A stretch of DNA of 64,000 bases from an uncultured Chloroflexia bacterium (GTDB taxonomy: Bacteria > Chloroflexota > Limnocylindria > Limnocylindrales > CSP1-4), in NCBI GenBank assembly GCA_963795645.1, contig CAWCIK010000005.1:216554-280553 (forward strand), read 5' to 3'. The notes below the pieces were generated by a model. It did not search any database and was not told the origin of the DNA. It worked only from the letters and a program-made list of their open reading frames with translations. This document shows, in pieces, positions 9,589-17,306 of this stretch (position 1 is the first letter of the stretch; each line of letters opens with the position of its first letter). The translations under genes and the position numbers were made by a program.

Positions 9589-10501
9589 CTAGCGAATGAG
9601 CGGGTCCGCGTAACGGCGCCTGGCGACGGTGACGACGCCCAGTATGAGGAGCGCAAGGAGCGCAATGAGCAGCCCCACGACCGTCAACGACAAGTGATCC
9701 AGGGACGACTGCGCGGCGGTCGGCACCGATGCCTGGCCCGCCACGGGGCCGGGCGCAGAAGTGGGAGCTGGAAGCTGCGCGACATTTGCGCCACCGGGCG
9801 GTGAAGCCTGTGCCGACAATGGCGTCGCGGGCGCCTGCCACGCAGGAGGCGCAGATTGGTCCGCAGTCGGCTGTTGCACAGACATGTCTGTGGGCACTGT
9901 CGGAACGACATCGACGCCCTTCGCCGGTGCCTCGCTGGGCGCGGCGTTGAACTCAGGCGCTGCGCCGCTTGCCGCAGGTGCTTGCGGCGAGGCGTTCGAA
10001 TCCTCGATCAGCGCCCGCGTCGGCTGGGCCTGTCCGGCGGGCAACGGAGTCGATGACGAGGCGAGGCCGCCGGTGACCTGGGCAGCCGCGTCCGGAGCTG
10101 CCTCCGGGGCTGCGCCAGCAGTCAGGCTGCCGATCGGAAGCGCGCCGACGACGACGAACACGAGGCCTATCGCCAGTGCAGCGCCGGCCAAAGGCTGGAG
10201 CACACCCCAGCGCGGACCTGAGAACCCGCGCATGAGTCGTTCCAGCCACGAGCCACGCAGCGCAGCGGCCGTCTGTGCATCGATTTCGGAAGTCTCTCGT
10301 GCGCTTGATGGCAGGCAGCTCAGCGTTGCGCGCCGAGATCAGGACGATGTCCGCCGCCAGTGCCGCGCACTGATCGCAGCCTTCGACCAGGCGACGGGCC
10401 TGATCCAACTCGCCCGGATATGCGTCGCCGGCCGCGTACCTTGCGACCAACACGTGATCGTGTTGGCCATGCTCCTGGCTCAGGGATCGACTGTCGCTCA
10501 C
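9589..10501 (-). pseudogene. Anti-sigma factor (zf-HC2-like N-terminal domain, TM helix, Pro/Ala-rich extracytoplasmic tail), one frameshift as assembled
   Basis: The N-terminal part VARYAAGDAYPGELDQARRLVEGCDQCAALAADIVLI...RTRDFR is in ORF 9953..10501. The continuation ...EIDAQTAAALRGSWLERLMRGFSGPRWGVLQPLAGAALAIGLVFVVV is in the frame of ORF 9589..10233. The switch is at the TTT run 10284..10286. The gene lies directly downstream of the ECF sigma gene. Confidence 0.6.
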
Positions 10502-10516
10502 GGCCTTCTGACGTCC

Positions 10517-11230
10517 CTAATCCCGCAGCAGTTCCACGTCGCTGCCCAGAAGATCTCGAAGCGCGAGCCTGCCGCGATGAATGCGCGACTTGACGGTACC
10601 CAGCGAAACGTGGGTCATGTCGGCGATCTCCTGGTAGTCGAAGCCTTCGACGTCGTACAAAACGATTGCCGTTCGTTGGTCGGTCGAGATCCGCGCAAGC
10701 GCACTTTGCAGCAAGGAAGCCGTGCTTCGGCGCATGGCCTCGCGCTCCGGAGAAGCATCCTCTCCGGCTGGCGGCTGCCACGCGTCGTCTTCCCATTCGG
10801 GATACGGATCAGCCGGCCGGCGCTTGCGGTAACGCAGGATGTCGGTCGCAGCGTTGAGCGCGATGCGTGTCAACCAGGATCGGAAGGAATCGCCGCGGAA
10901 GCGGTGGATGTTGCGGTAGCAGCTGAAGAACGCCTCCTGCACCGCATCGGCCGCTGAATCACGGTCGTTGACGACCCGAACCACGAGTGAGAACAGGTAA
11001 CCCTGGTAGAGCTCCACGAGCTGGTTGAATGCGTCAAGGTCGCCGGCGACAGCACGTTCCACGAGCTGGCGATCGCGCGCGTTCGACTGCTCGTCGAAGG
11101 GCCGGCGGGCATCGCGATTCGCCGGTGGGGTCGGAACGGCTGGCTCGGAGTCGGTCGCCACAGCTGCGCGGACGATCTCCTCCACGAAATCAGAGCTCCC
11201 CAACGTGCGGGCCTGCGCGCCGGGCGGCAA
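10517..11230 (-). CDS. ECF-type RNA polymerase sigma-70 family factor
   Basis: Region 2 reads FNQLVELYQGYLFSLVVRVVNDRDSAADAVQEAFFSCYRNIHRFRGDSFRSWLTRIALNAATD. Region 4 reads RTAIVLYDVEGFDYQEIADMTHVSLGTVKSRIHRGR. The exact start is uncertain because of a roughly 50-aa N-terminal extension. Confidence 0.85.
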   Translation of the reverse strand: MPPGAQARTLGSSDFVEEIVRAAVATDSEPAVPTPPANRDARRPFDEQSNARDRQLVERAVAGDLDAFNQLVELYQGYLFSLVVRVVNDRDSAADAVQEAFFSCYRNIHRFRGDSFRSWLTRIALNAATDILRYRKRRPADPYPEWEDDAWQPPAGEDASPEREAMRRSTASLLQSALARISTDQRTAIVLYDVEGFDYQEIADMTHVSLGTVKSRIHRGRLALRDLLGSDVELLRD

Positions 11231-11298
11231 TCACCGACAGTGCGCCGAGTCTAGCAAAGGACGACGGGTCGACGGCCTCAATTGTCCAGGGGCGCCAT

Positions 11299-11384
11299 TG
11301 GTGCGGCGGGTGGGATTCGAACCCACACGTCCTTTCGGACAATGGATTTTGAGGCCATCGTGTCTGCCGTTCCACCACCGCCGC
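11299..11384 (-). tRNA. tRNA-Leu (anticodon CAA), type II with long variable arm, CCA encoded
   Basis: The reverse strand reads GCGGCGG-TG-GTGGAACGGCAGACAC-G-ATGGC-CTCAAAA-TCCAT-T-GTCCGAAAGGACGT-GTGGG-TTCGAAT-CCCAC-CCGCCGC-A-CCA. The acceptor, D and T stems pair perfectly. The 31:39 pair is C:U. Confidence 0.85.
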
Positions 11385-11477
11385 GCGCCTCGACTATAGC
11401 CGCGTCCGCCGGAGCCGAGGGTGCCACACTCAGCGATGCACAGGCAGCAAGTTCGCAACTCGGAGGATCTCGCAACC

Positions 11478-11633
11478 TTGGCAAGCCTCATCTGGGCCAT
11501 CGTGGTCCTGCTCGTGGTCCTGTGGCTGGTCGGCCTGGTGGCAAACATCGCGGGTGGCCTGATCAACATCCTGTTGATCGCTGCGATCGTCCTCGTCGCC
11601 TACAACCTCTTCGTCGGTCGCCGGCGCATCTGA
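11478..11633 (+). CDS. lmo0937-family small membrane protein (about 51 aa)
   Basis: Sequence LIWAIVVLLVVLWLVGLVANIAGGLINILLIAAIVLVAYNLFVGRRR resembles the lmo0937 small-protein family. I place the start at the in-frame TTG at 11478, with GGAGGA about 10 nt upstream. The ORF track opens at 11421. Confidence 0.55.
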   Translation: MASLIWAIVVLLVVLWLVGLVANIAGGLINILLIAAIVLVAYNLFVGRRRI

Positions 11634-11684
11634 CACTGGCCCGCTGGTCGAGCGCGTGATCAACCTTTAGGCTGGCGCGACGCC

Positions 11685-11936
11685 GTGGCGACCACGCCGC
11701 GGAAACTGGAGACGGAGGTCAGCGTGTTCGCGTCCAGGAGTCTCGAAATTGCGCAGATCCAGCATGGCCACGACGGCGAGTGGCACGACATGACCGAGGT
11801 CACCGACACGTCCAGCGCGAACGAGGATCCCGAGCGGGGCTGGTTGCGCGGCCGGATCTTTCGCTGCGCGGACTGTGATACCCAGATCCGCGTGCAGGTT
11901 CCCGATGAGCCAACGGAGACGATCGAGCCGCTCTGA
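11685..11936 (+). CDS. Hypothetical small protein (H-x-H ... C-x2-C)
   Basis: An 83-codon ORF with the alternative start GTG at 11724, preceded by GGAGACGGAGG. It contains HGHDGEWH and FRCADCDTQIRV. I recognise no family, and a competing antisense ORF lies at 11667..11948. Confidence 0.3.
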   Translation: MATTPRKLETEVSVFASRSLEIAQIQHGHDGEWHDMTEVTDTSSANEDPERGWLRGRIFRCADCDTQIRVQVPDEPTETIEPL

Positions 11937-11944
11937 CGCGGCGG

Positions 11945-14900
11945 TCACTGCGCCGCGAGACGCAGCTCCACGGATCGTCGCCCGACTTTCCGATCGATAA
12001 GGGCGAGAAGCTCGGCGTCATAGGCAACGCCCACGCGCAGGTCCATGCGCTGCATTCGGCCGTCGGCCGTTGGCACGTACAGGACCACCCTGGTCACCCC
12101 GGGTCGCTCGTGGATGATCTCGCGCAGCGCGCCGAACGCCCGCACTACCTGCTCCTGGCCGTCGCGCGCGAAGTGGATATGCAGAGCCTGATCAGGAGCG
12201 GCCTCGATCGGCTGCGTCGTGGCGTCCTGGGCCGCCATGACGGACGCAGCTACCTCGTCCGGGAACGGCGGCTCGTCGTCGTCCGCGACCGCTGACGGCG
12301 GCGCAGGAGCCACCGCGGTGCGAGCGCCGCCGCCGATCCGAACCTCGATGGTTCCCGTCATCTCACCGCCGCGCAGCGGAGACACGAGCGGGATCGACCT
12401 GACGACGGAGGCTTCGGCGGCTTCTGGCTCAGCCACGCGAACCGGGCCGTCCGCCTGGCCACGGCCGTTGCCGTTACCGTTGTTGCCCGCGCCGAAGCCG
12501 TTCGACGGCCGCATCGATCGGCGCCCACGGTCCATTCGACCCAGCTGCCGGGTGAACTCCGCCGAGCCCATCCGCTGGCCGTCCTCCCACGTCCAGACGG
12601 CATCGGCGAGGAGGACCGTCTCGTCGCCCTTGTGGTCGACGCGGCCGGCAACGAGCAGGATCGCGTCCTCTGCCCAGGTCGGCTCCGTCTGCTCGTATAC
12701 CTTCGGAAAGACGATGACCTCGATTGCCCCCTGGAGATCCTCGAGCGTCGCCACGCCCATGGTCGCGCGCGACTTGGTGATCACCTTGCGCACTTCCGTG
12801 ACGACGCCGCCGACGCAGATACGCTGCTGATCGAGCTCCTCTCCGAGCTCGCCGCTGTACGCCGTGACGTACTCGCCGATCACGCCGGCCAGCTCACCCA
12901 GTGGATGGTCCGAGAGGTACAGGCCGAGCAGCTCCTTCTCCCAGCGCAGGCGCTCGCGGGGCATGGCCTCGGAGATGTTGTCCGGCAACGGCCGCTCGAG
13001 CACCGTGGCGTCCGCGCCCGAATCGAAGAGCGACACCTGGCCGGTGAGCCTGTCGCGCTGGGCCGCCTGGCCGGCGGCCAGGGCATCGTCGAGGGCGACC
13101 AGCAGCTGCGCCGGATGGCCAAGCCGATTGAGGGCGCCGACACGGATCAGCGACTCGAGCACACGCCGGTTCACGAGGCGCAGGTCGACCCGATTGCAGA
13201 AATCAGACAGAGACTTGAAGTCGCCGCCCTCGGTTCGCGCCGCCACGATGGATTCGATCGCCCCCTGGCCGACGTTCTTGATCGCCAGCAGGCCGAAGCG
13301 GATGGAATCCCCTTCGACCGTGAAATCGAGGCCCGAGGCGTGCACGTCGGGCGGCTTCACCTCGATCCCCAACCGGCGGCACTCGGCGATGGCCGCCGCC
13401 ACCTTCTCGGTCGTGTCGCGGAAGGCCGTCAGGACCGAGGTCATGTACTCGACGGTGTAGTTCGCCTTCAGATACGCGGTCTGGTACGCGATCAAGCCGT
13501 AGCACGTCGCGTGGGCCTTGTTGAAGCCGTAGCGCTCGAAGGGCTCGAACGCCTTGAACACCGCGTCGATCGTCTGCGGCGGGACTCCCCGTTCTACGGC
13601 GCGCTCGACGAACTTCTCTTTCTGGGCGCGCAGGACGTCCGACTTCTTCTTGCGGATGGCGTAGCCGAGCGTGTCGGCTTCCGGCCCGGTGAAGCCGCCG
13701 AGGGCCATCGACGCGGACATGATGTCTTCCTGGTAGACGAAGATTCCGTACGTCTTCTTCAGGTACGGCTCGAGCAGCGGGTGCAGGTAGGTGACCTTCT
13801 CCTGTCCGTGCTTGCGCCGGATGTAGGACGGGATGTTGTCCATGGGTCCCGGCCGGAAGAGGGCGACCATCGCGGCCAGATCGAGCACGGAGGTCGGCCG
13901 CAGCTCCTTGACGTAGCGACGCATGCCCGGCGACTCAAGCTGGAAGACGCCGGTTGTCTCGCCCGAGGCGAGGAGCTCGAACGTCTTCTTGTCCTCGAGC
14001 GGCAGATTGTCGATGTCGATGCGTTCACCGCGCTCGCGCTCGATCATCTCAACGGCCTGGCGCAGGATGGTCAGGTTCGATAGTCCCAGGAAGTCGAACT
14101 TGAGCAGGCCCAACGCCTCCACGCCGTGCATCTCGTACTGGGTCATCAGCCCGTCCGAGTTTGTGGCGTGCTGAAGTGGCATGAGCTCGGTCAGAGGCTC
14201 GCGGCTGATCACGACGCCGGCGGCGTGCGTGGAGGCGTTGCGCGCGACGCCCTCGAGCTGCTCGGCCAGCTCGAGCAGCTTGCCCACCTTCGGGTCCGCG
14301 TCACGCATCTCGCGCAGTGCCGGTGCGATCGTGAGCGCTTCCTCGAGCTTGATGCCGAGCTGGTTCGGGATGGCCTTGGCGATGCGATCGACCTCGCCGT
14401 AGCCAAGTCCAAGGACACGGCCGACGTCGCGAATCGCTGCGCGGGCAAGCATCGTCCCGAAGGTGATGATCTGCGCGACGTGGTCGCTGCCGTACTTGCG
14501 CGCGACATAGTCGATGACCTCGCCGCGTCGCGCGTCCTCGAAGTCGACGTCGATGTCCGGCATGGTCACGCGGTCGGGGTTGAGGAAGCGCTCGAAGGGC
14601 AGCTCGTAGAGGATCGGGTCGACCGGGGTGATGCCCAGCGTGTAGGTCACGATCGAGCCCGGGGCGCTGCCGCGGCAGGTCGTCGCGATGCCCTGGTCGC
14701 GGGCGAACTGGACGAAGTCGGCGACGATCAGGAAGTACGCCGCGTAGCCCATGGTGATGATCACGCCGAGCTCGTAGTCAAGGCGCTTCTGGAGCTCGTC
14801 GGTGATCTGGCCGTAGCGCGTACGCAGCCCTCTCTCGCACTCGGCCCGCAGCCACGATTCGACCGTGTGGCCGTCCGGGACGGGGAAGTCGGGCAGGAGC

Positions 14901-15754
14901 GTCTTGCCGAGCGGCAGCTCCAGGTTGGTCATCTCGGCGATCGCCCTGGTGTTGGCGATCGCCTGGGGCACATCGCCGAACAGCGCCGCCATCTCCGCGG
15001 CGGACTTCAGGTAGAACTCCGGCGACTCGAACCTCATCCGTCCCGGCGTGTCGAGGTTCGATGCGGTGCCCACGCACAGCAGCACATCGTGTGCCTCTGC
15101 CTGCTCGCGCCGGACGTAGTGCAGGTCGTTCGTGGCAACGAGCGGGATGCCCGTCTCGGGCGCGAGGCGAAGCAGCTGCTCGTTGAGGCGGCGCTGCTCG
15201 GCGAGGCCGTGATCCTGGATCTCGAGAAAGAAATTGCCCTTGCCGAGGATGTCCTGGTATCTCGCCGCCGCCCGCCGAGCTTCGTCCCAGTCATCGACCT
15301 CGAGCGAGCGAGCCACCTCTCCGGCCAGGCACGCAGACATTCCGATCAGGCCCTCGGAGTGCCTGGCCAGGAAATCGTGGTCGATGCGCGGCTTGTAGTA
15401 ATAGCCGTCGATATGGGCGCCGGTGATCAGCCGACACAGGTTCTGGTAGCCGGTCCAATCGCGCGCGAGCAGCACCAGGTGATAGGGCTTCTCGTCGGCC
15501 TTGCCCTCGCGATCCGTCATGGATCTGCGCGCTACGTATGTCTCGACGCCGATGATCGGCTTGATGCCCGCCGAGCGACATGCCTGATAGAAACCGACCG
15601 CTCCGTACAGCGCGCCATGATCCGTCACGGCCAGCGAATCGAAGCCGAGCGTCTTTGCCTGCGCAACGAGCTCATTTATCCGGCCCAGCCCATCAAGCAG
15701 GCTGAACTCGGAATGGACGTGCAGGTGCGTGAAGTCGTTCGGCGCGACAGTCAA
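11945..15754 (-). CDS. dnaE: DNA polymerase III alpha subunit (DnaE1-type, PHP domain intact), with a roughly 190-aa C-terminal extension
   Basis: TTG start with GGAGGGGAG upstream. The PHP motif is FTHLHVHSEFSLLDG. Polymerase core motifs include DIDVDF and GLLKFDFLGL, and an OB-fold region follows. The 1269-codon frame is uninterrupted. Confidence 0.95.
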   Translation of the reverse strand: MTVAPNDFTHLHVHSEFSLLDGLGRINELVAQAKTLGFDSLAVTDHGALYGAVGFYQACRSAGIKPIIGVETYVARRSMTDREGKADEKPYHLVLLARDWTGYQNLCRLITGAHIDGYYYKPRIDHDFLARHSEGLIGMSACLAGEVARSLEVDDWDEARRAAARYQDILGKGNFFLEIQDHGLAEQRRLNEQLLRLAPETGIPLVATNDLHYVRREQAEAHDVLLCVGTASNLDTPGRMRFESPEFYLKSAAEMAALFGDVPQAIANTRAIAEMTNLELPLGKTLLPDFPVPDGHTVESWLRAECERGLRTRYGQITDELQKRLDYELGVIITMGYAAYFLIVADFVQFARDQGIATTCRGSAPGSIVTYTLGITPVDPILYELPFERFLNPDRVTMPDIDVDFEDARRGEVIDYVARKYGSDHVAQIITFGTMLARAAIRDVGRVLGLGYGEVDRIAKAIPNQLGIKLEEALTIAPALREMRDADPKVGKLLELAEQLEGVARNASTHAAGVVISREPLTELMPLQHATNSDGLMTQYEMHGVEALGLLKFDFLGLSNLTILRQAVEMIERERGERIDIDNLPLEDKKTFELLASGETTGVFQLESPGMRRYVKELRPTSVLDLAAMVALFRPGPMDNIPSYIRRKHGQEKVTYLHPLLEPYLKKTYGIFVYQEDIMSASMALGGFTGPEADTLGYAIRKKKSDVLRAQKEKFVERAVERGVPPQTIDAVFKAFEPFERYGFNKAHATCYGLIAYQTAYLKANYTVEYMTSVLTAFRDTTEKVAAAIAECRRLGIEVKPPDVHASGLDFTVEGDSIRFGLLAIKNVGQGAIESIVAARTEGGDFKSLSDFCNRVDLRLVNRRVLESLIRVGALNRLGHPAQLLVALDDALAAGQAAQRDRLTGQVSLFDSGADATVLERPLPDNISEAMPRERLRWEKELLGLYLSDHPLGELAGVIGEYVTAYSGELGEELDQQRICVGGVVTEVRKVITKSRATMGVATLEDLQGAIEVIVFPKVYEQTEPTWAEDAILLVAGRVDHKGDETVLLADAVWTWEDGQRMGSAEFTRQLGRMDRGRRSMRPSNGFGAGNNGNGNGRGQADGPVRVAEPEAAEASVVRSIPLVSPLRGGEMTGTIEVRIGGGARTAVAPAPPSAVADDDEPPFPDEVAASVMAAQDATTQPIEAAPDQALHIHFARDGQEQVVRAFGALREIIHERPGVTRVVLYVPTADGRMQRMDLRVGVAYDAELLALIDRKVGRRSVELRLAAQ

Positions 15755-15855
15755 GAAAGCTCCCCTCCGTGGCGTCTCGACAGTAAGGCCGCGAGCCTCG
15801 CATCCGCCAGCGGCTTATCCCCGAAGTTCGTCCACGAACGATCCACCAGCGGATC

Positions 15856-15875
15856 AGTATAGAACGTGCGTTCTA
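15856..15875 (-). promoter_or_regulatory. Candidate LexA (Cheo-type) operator TAGAAC-GTGC-GTTCTA overlapping a -10-like TATACT upstream of dnaE
   Basis: Perfect palindromic arms lie at 15860..15875. On the dnaE strand the sequence reads CTAGAACGCACGTTCTATACTG, so the right arm overlaps TATACT. The site is about 105 nt upstream of the dnaE start. Confidence 0.5.
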
Positions 15876-15890
15876 GCCCAAGAAGGACGC

Positions 15891-17306
15891 TCAAGACCTT
15901 GTCATGGCGCGATCCGGCTGGAGCAGGAACGGCGCCAGGTAGCCGGTCATGTTCGATAGCGGCAGCACGTCCGGATGCAGGTCGATGCCCAGCGAACGGG
16001 CCATGAACGCGCGTCGATCCTGGATACGCCGCCACATCTGCGGATAGCGCTCCGCGAGGATCGCGCGCAGCCACTCATCGGCCAGCGCAACGCCGTCCTC
16101 GATGTTGGTCGTGAAATAGTCCGTGCCGGTGGCCGGGATGATGTCGACCTGGAGCGCCATACCCGAGCGCAGCTCGACCGTAGAGCCTCGCCAGACGGGC
16201 GAGTTGACCCACTCGTCGAGGCTGATCTGGTGGCCCGGGTTGAGAAAGATGCCGAAGAACCTGTCGCCGAGGCGGCGGGCGACGATCTCGTACAGGGCAC
16301 CGCCCGTCTGGCCGACGTGGAGCGCCTCGAGCCACTCCCCCACCGCCTCGAAGTACGGCGCGACGAGCTTGTCGACATAGTTGCGGATCGGCCCGGGCAG
16401 CTCTGTGCCGTCCTCGACGATCCAGCCAGCCCGACACGTCAGCGCGCCCCAGATGCCATAGGCAGTGGTGAAAGGGTCGCCGCGCGCGATCCGTCGGTCG
16501 GAGGGCGACAGGAGTCCCAATTTCGCGCGCGGGCCGGCAGTCAGCATCAGGTGGCACGAAAGAGGAGTCCCGTTCCAGCCCAGGAGCGCAACCGCGTCGT
16601 GCTCGCTCATCCCGGGCCGCAGGTCCCACAGCAGCCGACGCACGCCGTTCGAGACGTGACACGCGGCCCACTCCAGGTACGCGATCTGCTCGGGCTCGTT
16701 GATGACGCGCAGGCCGTCCTGAGCGTCAATCAGCAGACCAGTTGCGTTGGTTACCCGGTCCGGGCCGCACATGCCGCGCACGGTGTCGACGATGTACGCG
16801 GGCACGTCGGTCATCCACGGCTGGGCGTAGCTCTTCCAGCCGATGAGCCCGACGCGCGTGCCGCTGGCTATGCCCTCATCGGACAGGATCTCGGTCAACG
16901 GTCGGGACCGGTCGCGCGGTTGGCTCGGCAGGCTGAAGTCCTGGAACAGGTGACGACGCGGCGCGACCGGCGCGGTTCCGGCCGTCGCCCAGCACTCATT
17001 GCCGACGAGGATCGCGACCTCGTCCGCGCCGACGACGAGCAACGCTTCTTCGAAGCGTGGATCGAAGCCGGTCAGATACGAGATGTTGGCGCTGTGCTCA
17101 CGGTCTGCATAGACCAGGACGACGTCCATTAGCGAATCGGCCATGCGCGCGCGCAGGCGCGCGAGGCGGTCCATATATAGCTCGCCCGGAAGCAGCGGCT
17201 GAGTGTCCGGATAGCCGAAGGCCGGCAGGTCGACCCACTCGAGCCGCGCACGGCCCCGCGGAGGCGCGTTTGCGGATGCGAGTCGAGGGGATCCTGCCCG
17301 TGTCAT
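15891..17306 (-). CDS. M24-family (creatinase/Xaa-Pro peptidase-like) metallopeptidase homologue
   Basis: A creatinase/prolidase-like N-domain (VVLVYADREHSANISYLTGFDPRFEEALLVV) is followed by a pita-bread-like C-terminal part (FLNPGHQISLDEW, ALQVDIIP). The start overlaps the upstream stop as ATGA. Confidence 0.5.
   Translation of the reverse strand: MTRAGSPRLASANAPPRGRARLEWVDLPAFGYPDTQPLLPGELYMDRLARLRARMADSLMDVVLVYADREHSANISYLTGFDPRFEEALLVVGADEVAILVGNECWATAGTAPVAPRRHLFQDFSLPSQPRDRSRPLTEILSDEGIASGTRVGLIGWKSYAQPWMTDVPAYIVDTVRGMCGPDRVTNATGLLIDAQDGLRVINEPEQIAYLEWAACHVSNGVRRLLWDLRPGMSEHDAVALLGWNGTPLSCHLMLTAGPRAKLGLLSPSDRRIARGDPFTTAYGIWGALTCRAGWIVEDGTELPGPIRNYVDKLVAPYFEAVGEWLEALHVGQTGGALYEIVARRLGDRFFGIFLNPGHQISLDEWVNSPVWRGSTVELRSGMALQVDIIPATGTDYFTTNIEDGVALADEWLRAILAERYPQMWRRIQDRRAFMARSLGIDLHPDVLPLSNMTGYLAPFLLQPDRAMTRS

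Noticed and set aside
11231-11700. tRNA-Leu as an integration site for a mobile element.
   Set aside because: No integrase, excisionase or phage/ICE genes flank it, and by eye I saw no duplicated copy of the tRNA 3' end. The neighbours are a sigma factor and dnaE.
11667-11948. A minus-strand 93-aa ORF overlapping the small plus-strand ORF.
   Set aside because: Its composition is shadow-like, it has no RBS, and it would overlap the dnaE stop region. The plus-strand ORF has an RBS-like GGAGACGGAGG and a more protein-like sequence, though that one is also low-confidence.
9761-15862. Long plus-strand ORFs (9761..10957, 12632..14083, 14126..15862) opposite the sigma/anti-sigma genes and dnaE. Similar cases elsewhere are 1940..3103, 24464..25507, 35683..36720 and 36972..38225.
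   Set aside because: These are typical high-GC shadow ORFs. Their composition is Arg/Ala/Gly/Pro-rich, they show no family similarity, and each lies antisense to a gene with clear conserved motifs.
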